From Gammaproteobacteria bacterium (GTDB lineage Bacteria > Pseudomonadota > Gammaproteobacteria > Natronospirales > REEB76), in contig DATEJV010000090.1 of assembly GCA_035277745.1 (NCBI GenBank), positions 1-46,325 on the forward strand: a stretch of 46,325 bases of DNA, read 5' to 3'. The translations under genes were made by a program, and so were the position numbers. A model generated the notes under the pieces. It ran no database searches, had not been told where the DNA came from, and was given only the letters and a program-made list of their open reading frames with translations. Of the stretch, positions 23,044-33,550 are shown in pieces. Every line of letters starts with the position of its first letter. The first letter of the stretch is position 1.

Positions 23044-24761
23044 GAGCTGTGGCCCAGATTCACCACGAACGCGGTAGTGAGGTTGCCGAGATTGTCCGGC
23101 GGGATGTCGAGCAGACGCAGCGCGCCGCTCATGACGCGCGCGAATACCGGTGCGGCCACGGTGGCCGCGTAATACTGCCCGTGCCCGGGTTGGCGGATCA
23201 CCACCACCGTCACCAGGCGCGGATCGCTGGCAGGCGCCATGCCGCAGAACACGGAAATGTAATCCGTGTCGGAATAGCCACCGTGCTGCGCGATGTGCGC
23301 CGTACCGGTCTTGCCGGCGATGCGATAACCCGCCACATCGGCGAGCTTGCCGGTGCCTTCGCCCGAGACCACGGTTTCCAGCATGCGCCGCAGCGTCATC
23401 GCCACCGGTGCGGGAATGACTTGTCGGCCGGAGCTGGGTGCATCCACGCGTACGAAACTCGGCGCAATCCGTTCGCCGTTGTCAGCGAGGATGTCGTAGG
23501 CGTCGGCGAGTTGCAGCGCGGTGACCGCCACGCCATAGCCGTAGGAAATGGTCGCCTGGCGCGCGCGCGACCAGCCTTGATAGGCCGGCAAAGAGCCGGT
23601 GACTTCACCGGGAAAGCCGCTGCCGCTCAACTGCCCGAATCCGAAGGCGCTGAGCGTGTTCCACAGCAACTGCGGTGACAGTGACAAGGCGATCTTGCTG
23701 GCCCCCACGTTACTGGACTTTTCCAGCAGCGTGGTGAGATTGATCGCACCGTAATCATGCCCATCGTCGGAAATCGTGTACCCCGCCACCTTGTAATAGC
23801 CCGGCGCGGTGTCGACCACGGTATTCGGGGTGTAACGTCCCGAGAGCAGCGCGGCCAGAATGGTGAATGGTTTCATGCTGGAGCCGGGCTCGAACTGATC
23901 GGTGACCGCGCGGTTGCGATATGCCGCCGGGGCGTAGTCGGCGCGGTTGTTGGGATTGAAAGACGGCTGGTTCGCCATGGCCAGGACTTCACCGGTCTTG
24001 GCGTCCATGACGATGATGGATCCGGAGCGCGCACCCTGTTGCTGTACCGCCTGCTTGAGCGCGCGGTAGGCAAGGTACTGCACGCGCAGATCCAGGCTGG
24101 TCACCAGATCCTTGCCGGGCCGCGGAGCGCGCAGGCTTTCCACGTCCTGCACCCAGTGCCCGTAGCGATCCACGATCACGCGCTCGGCGCCGGGCGTGCC
24201 TTGCAGCCAGTCGTTGTAGGCGAGTTCCAGCCCCTCCTGGCCGGCGTCGTCCACGTTGGTGAAGCCCAGCACCTGGGAGGCCACCTCGCCCGCCGGGTAG
24301 TAACGGCGATATTCGCGCTGGCTGTAAACGCCCGAGATGTCCAGCGCCGTCACGCGTTGTGCCGCATACGGATCCATGCCGCGCTGCAGATACACGAATT
24401 CCTTGTCACGATTCTGGCCTAGCAGCGCGCGGATATCCGCGCTCGGCATGCCCAGGGCATGCGCCAGTTGCGGCACGCGCGCGTCGGCCGCCGCGAGTTC
24501 CTGCGGATCCATCCAGATGGAATCCACGGGCGTGGACACCGCCAGCGGCTGTCCGTTACGGTCGAGAATCATGCCGCGATGCGCGGGAATCTGTACCACG
24601 CGCAGATGCCGTTCCTTGCCCTGGGCCTGCAGGAACTGCTCGTCGAACATCTGCAGGTACACGGCGCGGCCCAGCAAGGCCGCGGCCAGCAGCAAGAACA
24701 CCGCAAGCACCAGCGCACTGCGCCAGTTCCAGGACGCGCCGGGCTCAGCGTCGCGCTTCAC
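23040..24761 (-). CDS. ftsI: Division transpeptidase FtsI (PBP3)
   Basis: N-terminal TM segment and a PBP dimer domain. The transpeptidase motifs are SSMKP, SSN and KTGT. The GTG start overlaps the ftsL stop (GTGA). Confidence 0.95.
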   Translation of the reverse strand: MKRDAEPGASWNWRSALVLAVFLLLAAALLGRAVYLQMFDEQFLQAQGKERHLRVVQIPAHRGMILDRNGQPLAVSTPVDSIWMDPQELAAADARVPQLAHALGMPSADIRALLGQNRDKEFVYLQRGMDPYAAQRVTALDISGVYSQREYRRYYPAGEVASQVLGFTNVDDAGQEGLELAYNDWLQGTPGAERVIVDRYGHWVQDVESLRAPRPGKDLVTSLDLRVQYLAYRALKQAVQQQGARSGSIIVMDAKTGEVLAMANQPSFNPNNRADYAPAAYRNRAVTDQFEPGSSMKPFTILAALLSGRYTPNTVVDTAPGYYKVAGYTISDDGHDYGAINLTTLLEKSSNVGASKIALSLSPQLLWNTLSAFGFGQLSGSGFPGEVTGSLPAYQGWSRARQATISYGYGVAVTALQLADAYDILADNGERIAPSFVRVDAPSSGRQVIPAPVAMTLRRMLETVVSGEGTGKLADVAGYRIAGKTGTAHIAQHGGYSDTDYISVFCGMAPASDPRLVTVVVIRQPGHGQYYAATVAAPVFARVMSGALRLLDIPPDNLGNLTTAFVVNLGHSS

Positions 24762-25027
24762 GGGTGCACCACCACGATCCTGGGATGGGCCGGCAATTGC
24801 ATGTCGAGCTTTTGGGTGGCCATCTGTTCAACGCGTGCGTGCGTGGACCAGGTGCTTTGCTCGAGCAGCAACTGGCCCCACTCGACATTCTGCTGGTCGC
24901 GCTGCTGGCGTAACTGCTGCAGTTGTGCGAACAGCATACGGTTCTCGTGACGCGCATCAATCACCGCCAGGGCGCTCAGCATCACGGCTGCCAGCAACAG
25001 CGCCAGAATGGCGCGCGTCAGCCTCAT
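24758..25027 (-). CDS. ftsL: Cell division protein FtsL
   Basis: 89-aa bitopic protein (LALLLAAVMLSALAV followed by a coiled coil), positioned between rsmH and ftsI. Confidence 0.8.
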   Translation of the reverse strand: MRLTRAILALLLAAVMLSALAVIDARHENRMLFAQLQQLRQQRDQQNVEWGQLLLEQSTWSTHARVEQMATQKLDMQLPAHPRIVVVHP

Positions 25028-25968
25028 GCCAGACGCTCCGCCGCACGCAGCACCGCGCTGCGGGCGCGCGGGTTGTGCTCGATCTCCGCGGACTGCGGAC
25101 GCGTGGGTTTGGCCACGAGCTTCAGGCTCGGGCGCGTAGTCGGCGACAGCCAGGGCGCCTTGGGATCCGGCGCTGCAACATGTGCGTGCCCGCGCATGAA
25201 GCGTTTGACCAAGCGGTCTTCAAGCGAATGAAAGCTGATCACCACCAGCCGTCCGCCCGGCGCCAGCACCCCGAGGCACTGATCCAGACATTCCGCGAGT
25301 TCGTCCAGCTCGCGGTTGACGTAGATGCGCAGTGCCTGAAAGGTGCGCGTGGCCGGATGCTTGCGACGCTCGCGCGTCGGGACCGCCGCGCTCACGATGT
25401 CGGCGAGCTGTTGCGTGCGCGTAATCGGCGTGCGCTCGCGTGCGGCGACGATGGCACGCGCAATGCGCCGGGCAAAGCGCTCTTCCCCATAGCGCTGAAT
25501 CACCGCGACAATTTCCGCCGGCGTGGCACGCTTGAGCCAGTGCGCCGCGCTGTCGCCGCTCTCCGGGTCCATGCGCATGTCGAGTGGTCCATCGCGCAGG
25601 AAGCTGAAGCCGCGTTGCGCATCATCCAGTTGCGCGGAGGAAATTCCCAGGTCCAGCAGCACGCCGTTCACCTGTCCGCACACACCGTGTTGCTGCGCGA
25701 CGCGCTCAAGCATGGAAAACGCACCTCGCTGCACCGTAACTCGCCCGTCACCGCTCCATTCCATTTGCGCCGCCGCCACCGCTTGCGGGTCGCGGTCCAT
25801 CGCGATCAACCGCCCCTCCGCACCCAGGTGCCTGAGGATTTCGCGGCTGTGGCCGCCGCGCCCGTAGGTGGCATCCACATACACGCCATCGGCGCGCACC
25901 GCCAGACGCGTCACCGCTTCCTCGAGCAACACCGGCTGATGCGCGTGCCCGGCCGCGGTGTGGTTCAC
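25024..25968 (-). CDS. rsmH: 16S rRNA (cytosine1402-N4)-methyltransferase
   Basis: Carries HQPVLLEEAV...DATYGRGGHSR...DLGISS. The proposed GTG start at 25968 forms a GTGA overlap with the mraZ stop. The ORF-track start at 26067 would overlap mraZ by 100 nt. Confidence 0.9.
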   Translation of the reverse strand: MNHTAAGHAHQPVLLEEAVTRLAVRADGVYVDATYGRGGHSREILRHLGAEGRLIAMDRDPQAVAAAQMEWSGDGRVTVQRGAFSMLERVAQQHGVCGQVNGVLLDLGISSAQLDDAQRGFSFLRDGPLDMRMDPESGDSAAHWLKRATPAEIVAVIQRYGEERFARRIARAIVAARERTPITRTQQLADIVSAAVPTRERRKHPATRTFQALRIYVNRELDELAECLDQCLGVLAPGGRLVVISFHSLEDRLVKRFMRGHAHVAAPDPKAPWLSPTTRPSLKLVAKPTRPQSAEIEHNPRARSAVLRAAERLA

Positions 25969-26420
25969 AGCGCCAGCCTGGCCAGCTCCTCCGGCAGGCC
26001 CGCGGCGGCGGCGTGATCCGCCGCCAGGCTGTGCTCGCGGCGTGCGTCCCAGGCGGATTTGTCCCACAACTCGAACTTGTTCATCAGGCCAAGCAACACG
26101 ACATCGCGTTCCAGCTTGGCGAATTCGCGCAGCTCCGCGGGCAACAGCACCCGGCCGTGGCTGTCCATGGAAATTTCGGTGGCGTGTCCGACCAGCAGGC
26201 GTTGCAACTCGCGCACTTGCGGTTGCAGGCTCGGCAGATGCACGAGCTTGGCTTCGATCTCTTCCCAGGTGGGCAACGGGTAAATCAGCAGGTAATAGCC
26301 GCGGTCAATCGTGACCACGAGTTTGCCGTCACAGGCCTCAGCGAGACGCTCGCGATAGCGTGCCGGCACGGCAAGCCGGCCCTTGGCATCCAACGTCAGG
26401 TTGTTTACCCCGCGAAACAC
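25965..26420 (-). CDS. mraZ: Transcriptional regulator MraZ
   Basis: GTG start gives MFRGVNNLTLDAKGRLAVPARYRE, and the second half repeats the motif as MDSHGRVLLPAELRE (two SpoVT/AbrB-like repeats). Confidence 0.95.
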   Translation of the reverse strand: MFRGVNNLTLDAKGRLAVPARYRERLAEACDGKLVVTIDRGYYLLIYPLPTWEEIEAKLVHLPSLQPQVRELQRLLVGHATEISMDSHGRVLLPAELREFAKLERDVVLLGLMNKFELWDKSAWDARREHSLAADHAAAAGLPEELARLAL

Positions 26421-26444
26421 ATGCCCACCCCGGAGTCTCAGAAG

Positions 26445-26469
26445 CCCATTTCATCCCACTTTTACCCAC
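26445..26469 (-). promoter_or_regulatory. Putative MraZ operator: three phased GTGGG-type direct repeats
   Basis: The minus strand reads GTGGGTAAAA GTGGGATGAA ATGGG. The boxes lie at 26465-26469, 26455-26459 and 26445-26449, an exact 10-bp period, between the predicted -10 and the mraZ start. Confidence 0.6.
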
Positions 26470-26477
26470 CTTGGGAC

Positions 26478-26506
26478 ACTATAGAAAGCGATTGGCGCGC
26501 CGTCAA
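26478..26506 (-). promoter_or_regulatory. Predicted sigma70 promoter of the dcw cluster (Pmra)
   Basis: The minus strand reads TTGACG (26506-26501), a 17-nt spacer, then TATAGT (26483-26478). It lies about 58 nt upstream of the mraZ GTG. Confidence 0.55.
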
Positions 26507-26729
26507 GGGCGAACTGCAAAAAAAGTGCTTGTCGGACAGGGACTTAGGCGTGAATCGTGATGGAAATTGACAAAAATAACTGTCTATCAATCAGTAACTT
26601 GGAAGGCCATCCTAGAGGCAGCATCACGTTGTGGGGGGTTGGGAACGCGAAGATACATGCCAGCGGAAGGGGCAGGCAACAATTGGAGTGCGTGAAATCC
26701 CGGTTCGGCCCGTCACCCGGGCAGGGCAT

Positions 26730-27572
26730 CTAGTGCTTCAGGAGATTGTTGAGCGCAGCGTAAGTCAGATCGGTAGCGAGAGACTGGAATCCCCCGCCCG
26801 CGAGAAAGTCACAAGCCAGCCGCTCGGCATAGGCCAGACTGACGCGATGCAGGCCCGAACCCATGCTGACTCTGGCCACGCCCAGTTTCTCCAGGTCGGC
26901 CACTGCCGGGCTCGCAGGCCCGGCGAGCACGTTCAACGGCAATTTCAATTCCCGCACCAGCGCCGCGATGGTGGCGGCATCCGCAACTCCGGGCGCAAAC
27001 AGACAATCGGCACCGGCCTGGGCGTACGCTTGGAGCCGCCGCAAAGTTTCACCCAGGCGACTGTCCGCTGCTCCCACCCGGTGAAGAAAAACATCGGTGC
27101 GTGCATTGATCACCAGCGGGATCCCTGCCTCATCCGCGGCCGAACGCGCGGCACGCAAGCGTGCTTGCTGATCCGCGATGTCACGCAGCGGTTGCAGCGA
27201 ACCCGGAGGCTGGCTGTCTTCAAGATTGACGCCCACGGCACCGGTCGCCAGCAGTTGGCGCATCACGGCCTGCAGTGCCGTCGGTGTTTCCGCATAACCC
27301 GCTTCGAGATCGGCACTCACCGGGACCTGCACCGCCGCGGCAATGCGCTGCGTCGCGGCGAGCACCTGCGCCAGCGGCGCCGCCTGGCCATCGGCAAAGC
27401 CCAGCGCATTCGCGACACCGGCACTGGTGGTGGCGATGGCGCGCGCACCGGCACGTGCGAACAGCGCGGCGCTGGCGGCATCCCAGGCATTGGGCAACAC
27501 CAGTATCGGCGGCGCCTGATGCAGGCTGCGCAATAACTCGGCCTTGCGCTTCTGGGTTGGATCGTTCCGCAT
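26730..27572 (-). CDS. PEP mutase / isocitrate lyase superfamily enzyme (2-methylisocitrate-lyase or oxaloacetate-decarboxylase-like)
   Basis: ATG at 27572 is preceded by GGGGGA. The protein carries ...ILVLPNAWDAASAALFARAGARAIATTSAGVA...VPVSADLEAGY...GVNLEDS, signatures typical of the superfamily. Confidence 0.8.
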   Translation of the reverse strand: MRNDPTQKRKAELLRSLHQAPPILVLPNAWDAASAALFARAGARAIATTSAGVANALGFADGQAAPLAQVLAATQRIAAAVQVPVSADLEAGYAETPTALQAVMRQLLATGAVGVNLEDSQPPGSLQPLRDIADQQARLRAARSAADEAGIPLVINARTDVFLHRVGAADSRLGETLRRLQAYAQAGADCLFAPGVADAATIAALVRELKLPLNVLAGPASPAVADLEKLGVARVSMGSGLHRVSLAYAERLACDFLAGGGFQSLATDLTYAALNNLLKH

Positions 27573-27644
27573 GGTGTCCCCCTGTCTCACGAGGCTGCGC
27601 TCTGACCATCCTTGGTCAGCCGTGCTTTGGTGGAAACGGCAATA

Positions 27645-28003
27645 ATAAGGAGCCGGCCTGTAAGCCGGGTTCTGTCGTGGACAGCCATTCATCTGGGACA
27701 CGCGTCGCCGCGCGCCTCTAGCGGCCTACCCGGAAGCCGTGCGGACCGCACGCGCAGGTTGCCCCGCTGCTTCCCTATTTGGCCTTGCTCCGGATGGGGT
27801 TTTCCGTGCCGCGAACGGTTGCCCGTCGCGCGGTGCGCTCTTACCGCACCTTTTCACCCTTGCCTGTGCCTTGCGGCCATCGGCGGTGTGTTTTCTGTGG
27901 CACTGTCCGTGGGCTCGCGCCCCCCAGGCGTTACCTGGCATCCTGTCCTGTGGAGCCCGGACTTTCCTCTGCGCGTGAGCACAGCGGCTGCCCGGCCGAC
28001 TCC
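27645..28003 (-). ncRNA. rnpB: RNase P RNA, bacterial type A
   Basis: The reverse complement contains GAGGAAAGTCCGGGCTCCACAGG, GCCAGGTAACGCCTGGG, GGTGAAAAGGTGCGGTAAGAGCGCACCGCG, GGAGCAAGGCCAAATAGGG and AGATGAATGGCTGTCCACGACAGAACCCGGCTTA, near-identical to E. coli M1 RNA blocks. P1 pairs GGAGUCGGCC with GGCCGGCUCC. A TATAAT box at 28015-28010 sits 6 nt upstream of the 5' end. Ends are approximate to a few nt. Confidence 0.95.
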
Positions 28004-28057
28004 GCACTTATTATACCGGAGCGATGCGGGTGAATTGATTCTTTGGGAATACCGGAA

Positions 28058-28912
28058 TTACTTGCGTCCGGCGATTTCCAATGCCGTGGCGTACAAGCGG
28101 TTTTTCCTGCCGCCGCTGATGCGTGCCGCCAGTTCTGCCGCCTGTTTGGTGGGCAATTCTCCCAACAGAATACGCAGCACCCGTTCCGCCTCGATGTCCA
28201 ACGTCCCGGATTGCGCCTGTACGTTACCGGCGACCAGGATCACCGCCTCGCCTCTGGGCGCTTCGGCATCGGCAACCAGTCGCGTGGCGAGTTCCGACAG
28301 CGTTCCGCTGCTCACGGTCTCATGCACTTTCGTCAGTTCGCGCGCGATCACCGCGGCACGCTCCGCGCCCAGAGTCTGGGCCATATCCGCGAGTGATTCC
28401 CGCAAGCGATGCACCGCTTCATAAAACACCAGGGTACGGGTCTCGGCCGTCAGCTCGGTGAGCCGTGCGCGACGCGCGGCCGGTCTGGCCGGCAAAAAGC
28501 CCTCGAACACGAAGTGGTCGGTGGGCAGGCCGCTCACCGACAGCGCGGCAATCAGGGCGCTCGGCCCGGGGATGGGGCTTACGGTCACGCCCGCTGTGCG
28601 TGCCGCGCGCACCAGAGTGAATCCCGGGTCGCTGATGAGCGGCGTACCGGCATCCGAAACCAGCGCCACGGACTCGCCTGCCAGCAGCCTTGCCAGCACG
28701 CGCGGCGTGCACTCGGCCTCGTTGTGATCGTGCAGCGCCAACAGCGGCGTGCGCAGGCCGAAATGCGCGAGCAGCGCGCGCGTATGCCGCGTGTCTTCGG
28801 CGGCAATCAACTGCACCTCGGCCATGACCCGCTGCGCGCGCGGCGACAGGTCTTCGAGATTGCCGATGGGCGTGGCCACAACGTACAGCACGCCGGCGCC
28901 GCGTTTTGTCAT
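28058..28912 (-). CDS. rsmI: 16S rRNA (cytidine1402-2'-O)-methyltransferase
   Basis: Begins MTKRGAGVLYVVATPIGNLEDLSPRA...IAAEDTRHT (tetrapyrrole-methylase fold). It is divergent from lpoA, as in E. coli and Pseudomonas. Confidence 0.9.
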   Translation of the reverse strand: MTKRGAGVLYVVATPIGNLEDLSPRAQRVMAEVQLIAAEDTRHTRALLAHFGLRTPLLALHDHNEAECTPRVLARLLAGESVALVSDAGTPLISDPGFTLVRAARTAGVTVSPIPGPSALIAALSVSGLPTDHFVFEGFLPARPAARRARLTELTAETRTLVFYEAVHRLRESLADMAQTLGAERAAVIARELTKVHETVSSGTLSELATRLVADAEAPRGEAVILVAGNVQAQSGTLDIEAERVLRILLGELPTKQAAELAARISGGRKNRLYATALEIAGRK

Positions 28913-28992
28913 ATCCGTTCCCCGGTTTTCCCGCCAGCCGTCGCTGCAGGTATCATGAGCGCGGGTCCATCCTGCACTGGAAAGCGAAATTC

Positions 28993-30893
28993 ATGCAAGG
29001 CGATTTCCCCCACGCCCGGCGCTACGGCCTGATACTCGTACTGCTCGGCCTGCTCGCGGGCTGCGCGGTCACGCCGCCACAGCCCGCACCCCAGGGCCGC
29101 GCCGCACAGGCGCAGCAGTTGCTCCAGCAGGGAAACTACCCGGCCGCCGCCCAGCTTTATGAATCGCTGGCCGCGGGCGCGCAAGCGCAGACGCGTGACG
29201 AGTATCTGGTCAGCGCGGCCGAAGCCTGGTGGCAGGCGGCCCAGGGGCAGCGCGCCTGGAAGCTGCTGGGCGAGGTGCAACCGGCATTTCTAAACCCGGC
29301 TTTGAACGCGCGCGTCGAGATGCTCAAGGCGCAAATGGATTTTGCCGCACGCCAGCCACAGGTGGCGCTCCAACATTTGCAGTTTCCGTTGACCCCGCTC
29401 CCCGACGAGTTCAAGGCGCGCGTCCTGCTGCTGCGCGCCCAGGTTGAAGCCGCGCTCGGCAACACAGTGGCAGCCGTCGAGGATCTGAGCGCACGGGAAA
29501 ATTATCTGGCCGGCAACCCCGCCGCCATCCACGACAATCATCAGAGCATCTGGCAGCTCATCTCCCAGAGCCATGCCTCGTTCAATATGCAGGCGCTGCC
29601 ACCCGGTGTTTCCCAGACGGCGCGCGGTTGGCTGGTGCTCGGCAACCTCATGCGCAGCATCTGGCAGCAGCCCCGCAATATGTTGCAGCAGCTTCAGGCC
29701 TGGCAGGCGCAGTTCCCCAATCATCCCGCGGAACAGGATATCGTTCCCGAGCTGATCGCCAAGCAGCAGGCATTGGTGACTTACCCAGCACGCATCGCGC
29801 TGTTGCTGCCGCTGTCCGGACCGTATCAGGCGGTCGGCGATGCGGTGCGCGATGGACTGTTTACCGCCTACTTCCAGCTTGCCGGCAACGACAGCGCACC
29901 GACGGTCACGCTGTATGACGCCGGCGGAACCGCGGCCAGCGCCCAGGCCGCTTACCGCCAAGCGGTGGCCGCGGGTGTAGACATGGTGGTCGGCCCACTG
30001 ATCAAAAACGGGGTGAGCGGCATCGCGGCGCTGGGCTCGCTGCCGGTGCCGGTGCTGGCGCTCAACACGCTCGACACCACCCAGTCGCCGCCCGCGGGAC
30101 TGTTCCAGTTCGGCTTGCCGCCGGAAGACGAAGCCGCGCAAGTGGCCAACCGCGTGATCGCCGAAAACCTGAAGCGCGGCGTGGCGCTGGTGCCGCAGGG
30201 TGACTGGGGCACGCGCGTGCTGAACGCATTTGCCGCGCGCTTCGCCCAGCTGGGCGGGACCTTGCTGGGCACGCAGACCTACGCGCCGGGTGCCAACGAT
30301 TATTCCGTACCGATCACGCGCCTGCTCAATCTGAACGACAGCCAGTACCGCGACGAACAGCTGGCGGCATTTCTCGGCACCAGCCTGCAATTCGAGCCGC
30401 GGCGGCGCCAGGACATCCAGTTCATCTTTCTGGCGGCCAACACCAGTGACGCCAAACTCATCCGGCCGCAACTGCGGTTTTTCCACGCCATCAACGTGCC
30501 GGTGTACGCCACCTCGCAGGTGTACCAGCCGGGCACAATGGGCGACGACGACCTGGACGGCATTACCTTCGATGACATGCCCTGGACGCTGGAGACCAGC
30601 GGCGCCGCGGCCAGCACGCGCGCTACCGTGACCGGCTTGTGGCCCAACAATTTCTCCGGCAACAGCCGCCTGTACGCGCTGGGCTTCGATGCCTGGCGGC
30701 TGATACCGCTGCTCTACAAAGGCCACGCGTTCGACATTTCCGTGCAGGGCATGACCGGCCTGCTGAGCATGACGCCCGACGGCCGGATCCATCGCCAGCT
30801 GGATTGGGCCACTTTCAGAAACGGCGCACCGCAACTACTCGGCCCGGTCGCAACTCCGCCTCCGGCTCTGGCAGGCGCGCCCGGCACTGTGCC

Positions 30894-30897
<4 letters not shown>
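28993..30897 (+). CDS. lpoA: Penicillin-binding protein activator LpoA (LppC family lipoprotein)
   Basis: ATG at 28993 gives a signal peptide with lipobox LLAGC. An N-terminal TPR-like region is followed by a periplasmic-binding-like domain. It follows the rsmI/lpoA/yraN/diaA synteny. Confidence 0.85.
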
Positions 30898-32029
<1,132 letters not shown>

Positions 32030-32086
32030 CAGCGGCGGCTGAATGCGCTGGCAGCCAGTTCGAAAGCAGGCGCTTCCGGCGGGGCC

Positions 32087-33499
32087 TTAAGCCAGCAGCT
32101 TCCCGGGATTCATGATCCCCTGCGGATCCAGCGCCGCCTTGATGCGGCGCATGAGCGCCATTTCCACAGGGTCCTTGTAGCGCGGCAGCACATCACGCTT
32201 GAGCTGGCCGATGCCGTGTTCCGCGCTGATCGAGCCGCCCACTTTGTGCACCCGGTCGTGCACCAACACCGCGATTTCATCCTGGCGCGCCAGCAACCGC
32301 TCCTCGGTCCAATCCGCGCCGCGCGCCACGTTGTAGTGCAGATTGCCGTCGCCCAGATGTCCGAAGATCACGTGCTGGATTCCCGGGAATGCCTCGTCCA
32401 GCGCGGCATTCGTGGTGCGCACGAAATCCGCCATGCGCGACACCGGAACCGAAATATCATGCTTGATGCTCTTGCCGGATTCCTTTTCCGCCAACGGGAT
32501 GCTTTCGCGCAGATGCCAGAGCGCATGGCTTTGCGCGATGGATTCCGCAATGACGGCGTCCTGCACGCAGCCGGACTCAATCGCTTCGCCCACCACGGCT
32601 TCAAAGCGCGCGCGCGCATGCGCTTCGGACTCGCTGTCCGACAATTCCAGCAGCACGTACCAGGGAAGGCGGGCCGAGGGCCCGTCAAAGGGCAAAGGCT
32701 GCTGCGGAAAGCAGCGCACCACCTGTTGCAGGCAATATCCCGCCATCAGCTCGAAGCCGGTGAGTGCAGCTCCCAGGCCGGCACGCGCACGCCCCAGCAG
32801 GGCGACCGCATTTTCGATTGAATCCAGCGCCAGCAGCGCCGTGCACTGCGCCGCCGGCAGCGGAAACACCTTGAGTACGGCCGCGGTAATCACGCCCAGC
32901 GTGCCTTCGCTGCCGATGAACAGGTCGCGCACATCGTAGCCGGTGTTGTCCTTGCGCAGCCCGCGCAAGCCGTGCCAGACATCGCCTTGCGCCGTCACCA
33001 CCTCCAGCCCCAAGGTCAGCTCGCGCATGTTGCCGTAGCGCAGTACCTGCGTGCCACCGGCATTGGTCGCCAGGTTGCCGCCGATCGTGCAACTGCCCTC
33101 GGCGGCGAGACTCAGCGGAAACAGGCGCCCGGCGCCGCGCGCGGCCTGCTGCACCGATTGCAGAATGCAACCCGCTTCGACCTGCATGGTGTCGTTGTCG
33201 GTATCAATACCGCGAATCCGGTTGAGACGTTGCAGCGAGAGAATTACCGCGCGGCCCGAATCATCGGGCGTGGCGCCGCCGCACAGACCGGTATTTCCGC
33301 CTTGCGGGACCACGGGGATACGCGCCTGTGCGCACTGGCGCACCACCGCGGCGACCTCCCGAGTCGTGGCGGGCCGCACCACGGCCAGCGGAGTTCCGCG
33401 ATAGCGCTCGCGCCAGTCCACCGCGTAGGTTTGCGCGTCCGCGCCCGTCAGCACCTGCGCGTCACCCACGGCAGTCCGCAGCGCATCCAGATGGTTCAT
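32087..33499 (-). CDS. FAD-linked oxidase, GlcD / D-2-hydroxyacid dehydrogenase-like
   Basis: ATG at 33499. It has an N-terminal FAD-binding PCMH-type region (VVRPATTREVAAVVRQCAQARIPVVPQGGNTGLCGGA) and the C-terminal GGSISAEHGIG...DP.GIMNPGK signature. Confidence 0.85.
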   Translation of the reverse strand: MNHLDALRTAVGDAQVLTGADAQTYAVDWRERYRGTPLAVVRPATTREVAAVVRQCAQARIPVVPQGGNTGLCGGATPDDSGRAVILSLQRLNRIRGIDTDNDTMQVEAGCILQSVQQAARGAGRLFPLSLAAEGSCTIGGNLATNAGGTQVLRYGNMRELTLGLEVVTAQGDVWHGLRGLRKDNTGYDVRDLFIGSEGTLGVITAAVLKVFPLPAAQCTALLALDSIENAVALLGRARAGLGAALTGFELMAGYCLQQVVRCFPQQPLPFDGPSARLPWYVLLELSDSESEAHARARFEAVVGEAIESGCVQDAVIAESIAQSHALWHLRESIPLAEKESGKSIKHDISVPVSRMADFVRTTNAALDEAFPGIQHVIFGHLGDGNLHYNVARGADWTEERLLARQDEIAVLVHDRVHKVGGSISAEHGIGQLKRDVLPRYKDPVEMALMRRIKAALDPQGIMNPGKLLA

Positions 33500-33550
33500 G
33501 ACCCGGGAATCCCGCATTCGACAACCAGAAACTGAATCAGGCACCGGCCA

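Noticed and set aside
26560-26600. An AT-rich patch with TTGACA (26567-26572) that might be a second promoter or a plus-strand sRNA promoter.
   Set aside because: No acceptable -10 lies at the correct spacing on either strand, and no downstream plus-strand feature exists. It may be an UP-like element of Pmra, but this cannot be supported from sequence alone.
27612-28424. Several ORFs (27612-28424, 27726-28007, 27739-27978, 27779-28033) overlapping 27645-28003.
   Set aside because: The region is RNase P RNA, with conserved blocks near-identical to E. coli M1 RNA. The remainder overlaps rsmI on the other strand.
29290-30834. A 514-aa ORF antisense to lpoA, and a 502-aa ORF (39004-40512) antisense to the GGDEF-EAL gene.
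   Set aside because: These show the same shadow-ORF behaviour, with no motifs. The sense-strand proteins are clearly real.
32030-32086. A terminator between the convergent diaA and FAD-oxidase genes, and likewise at 38556-38595 between ispB and the GGDEF-EAL gene.
   Set aside because: Only 4-5-bp stems with unsuitable loops could be drawn, and no U-runs are present. These cannot be supported.
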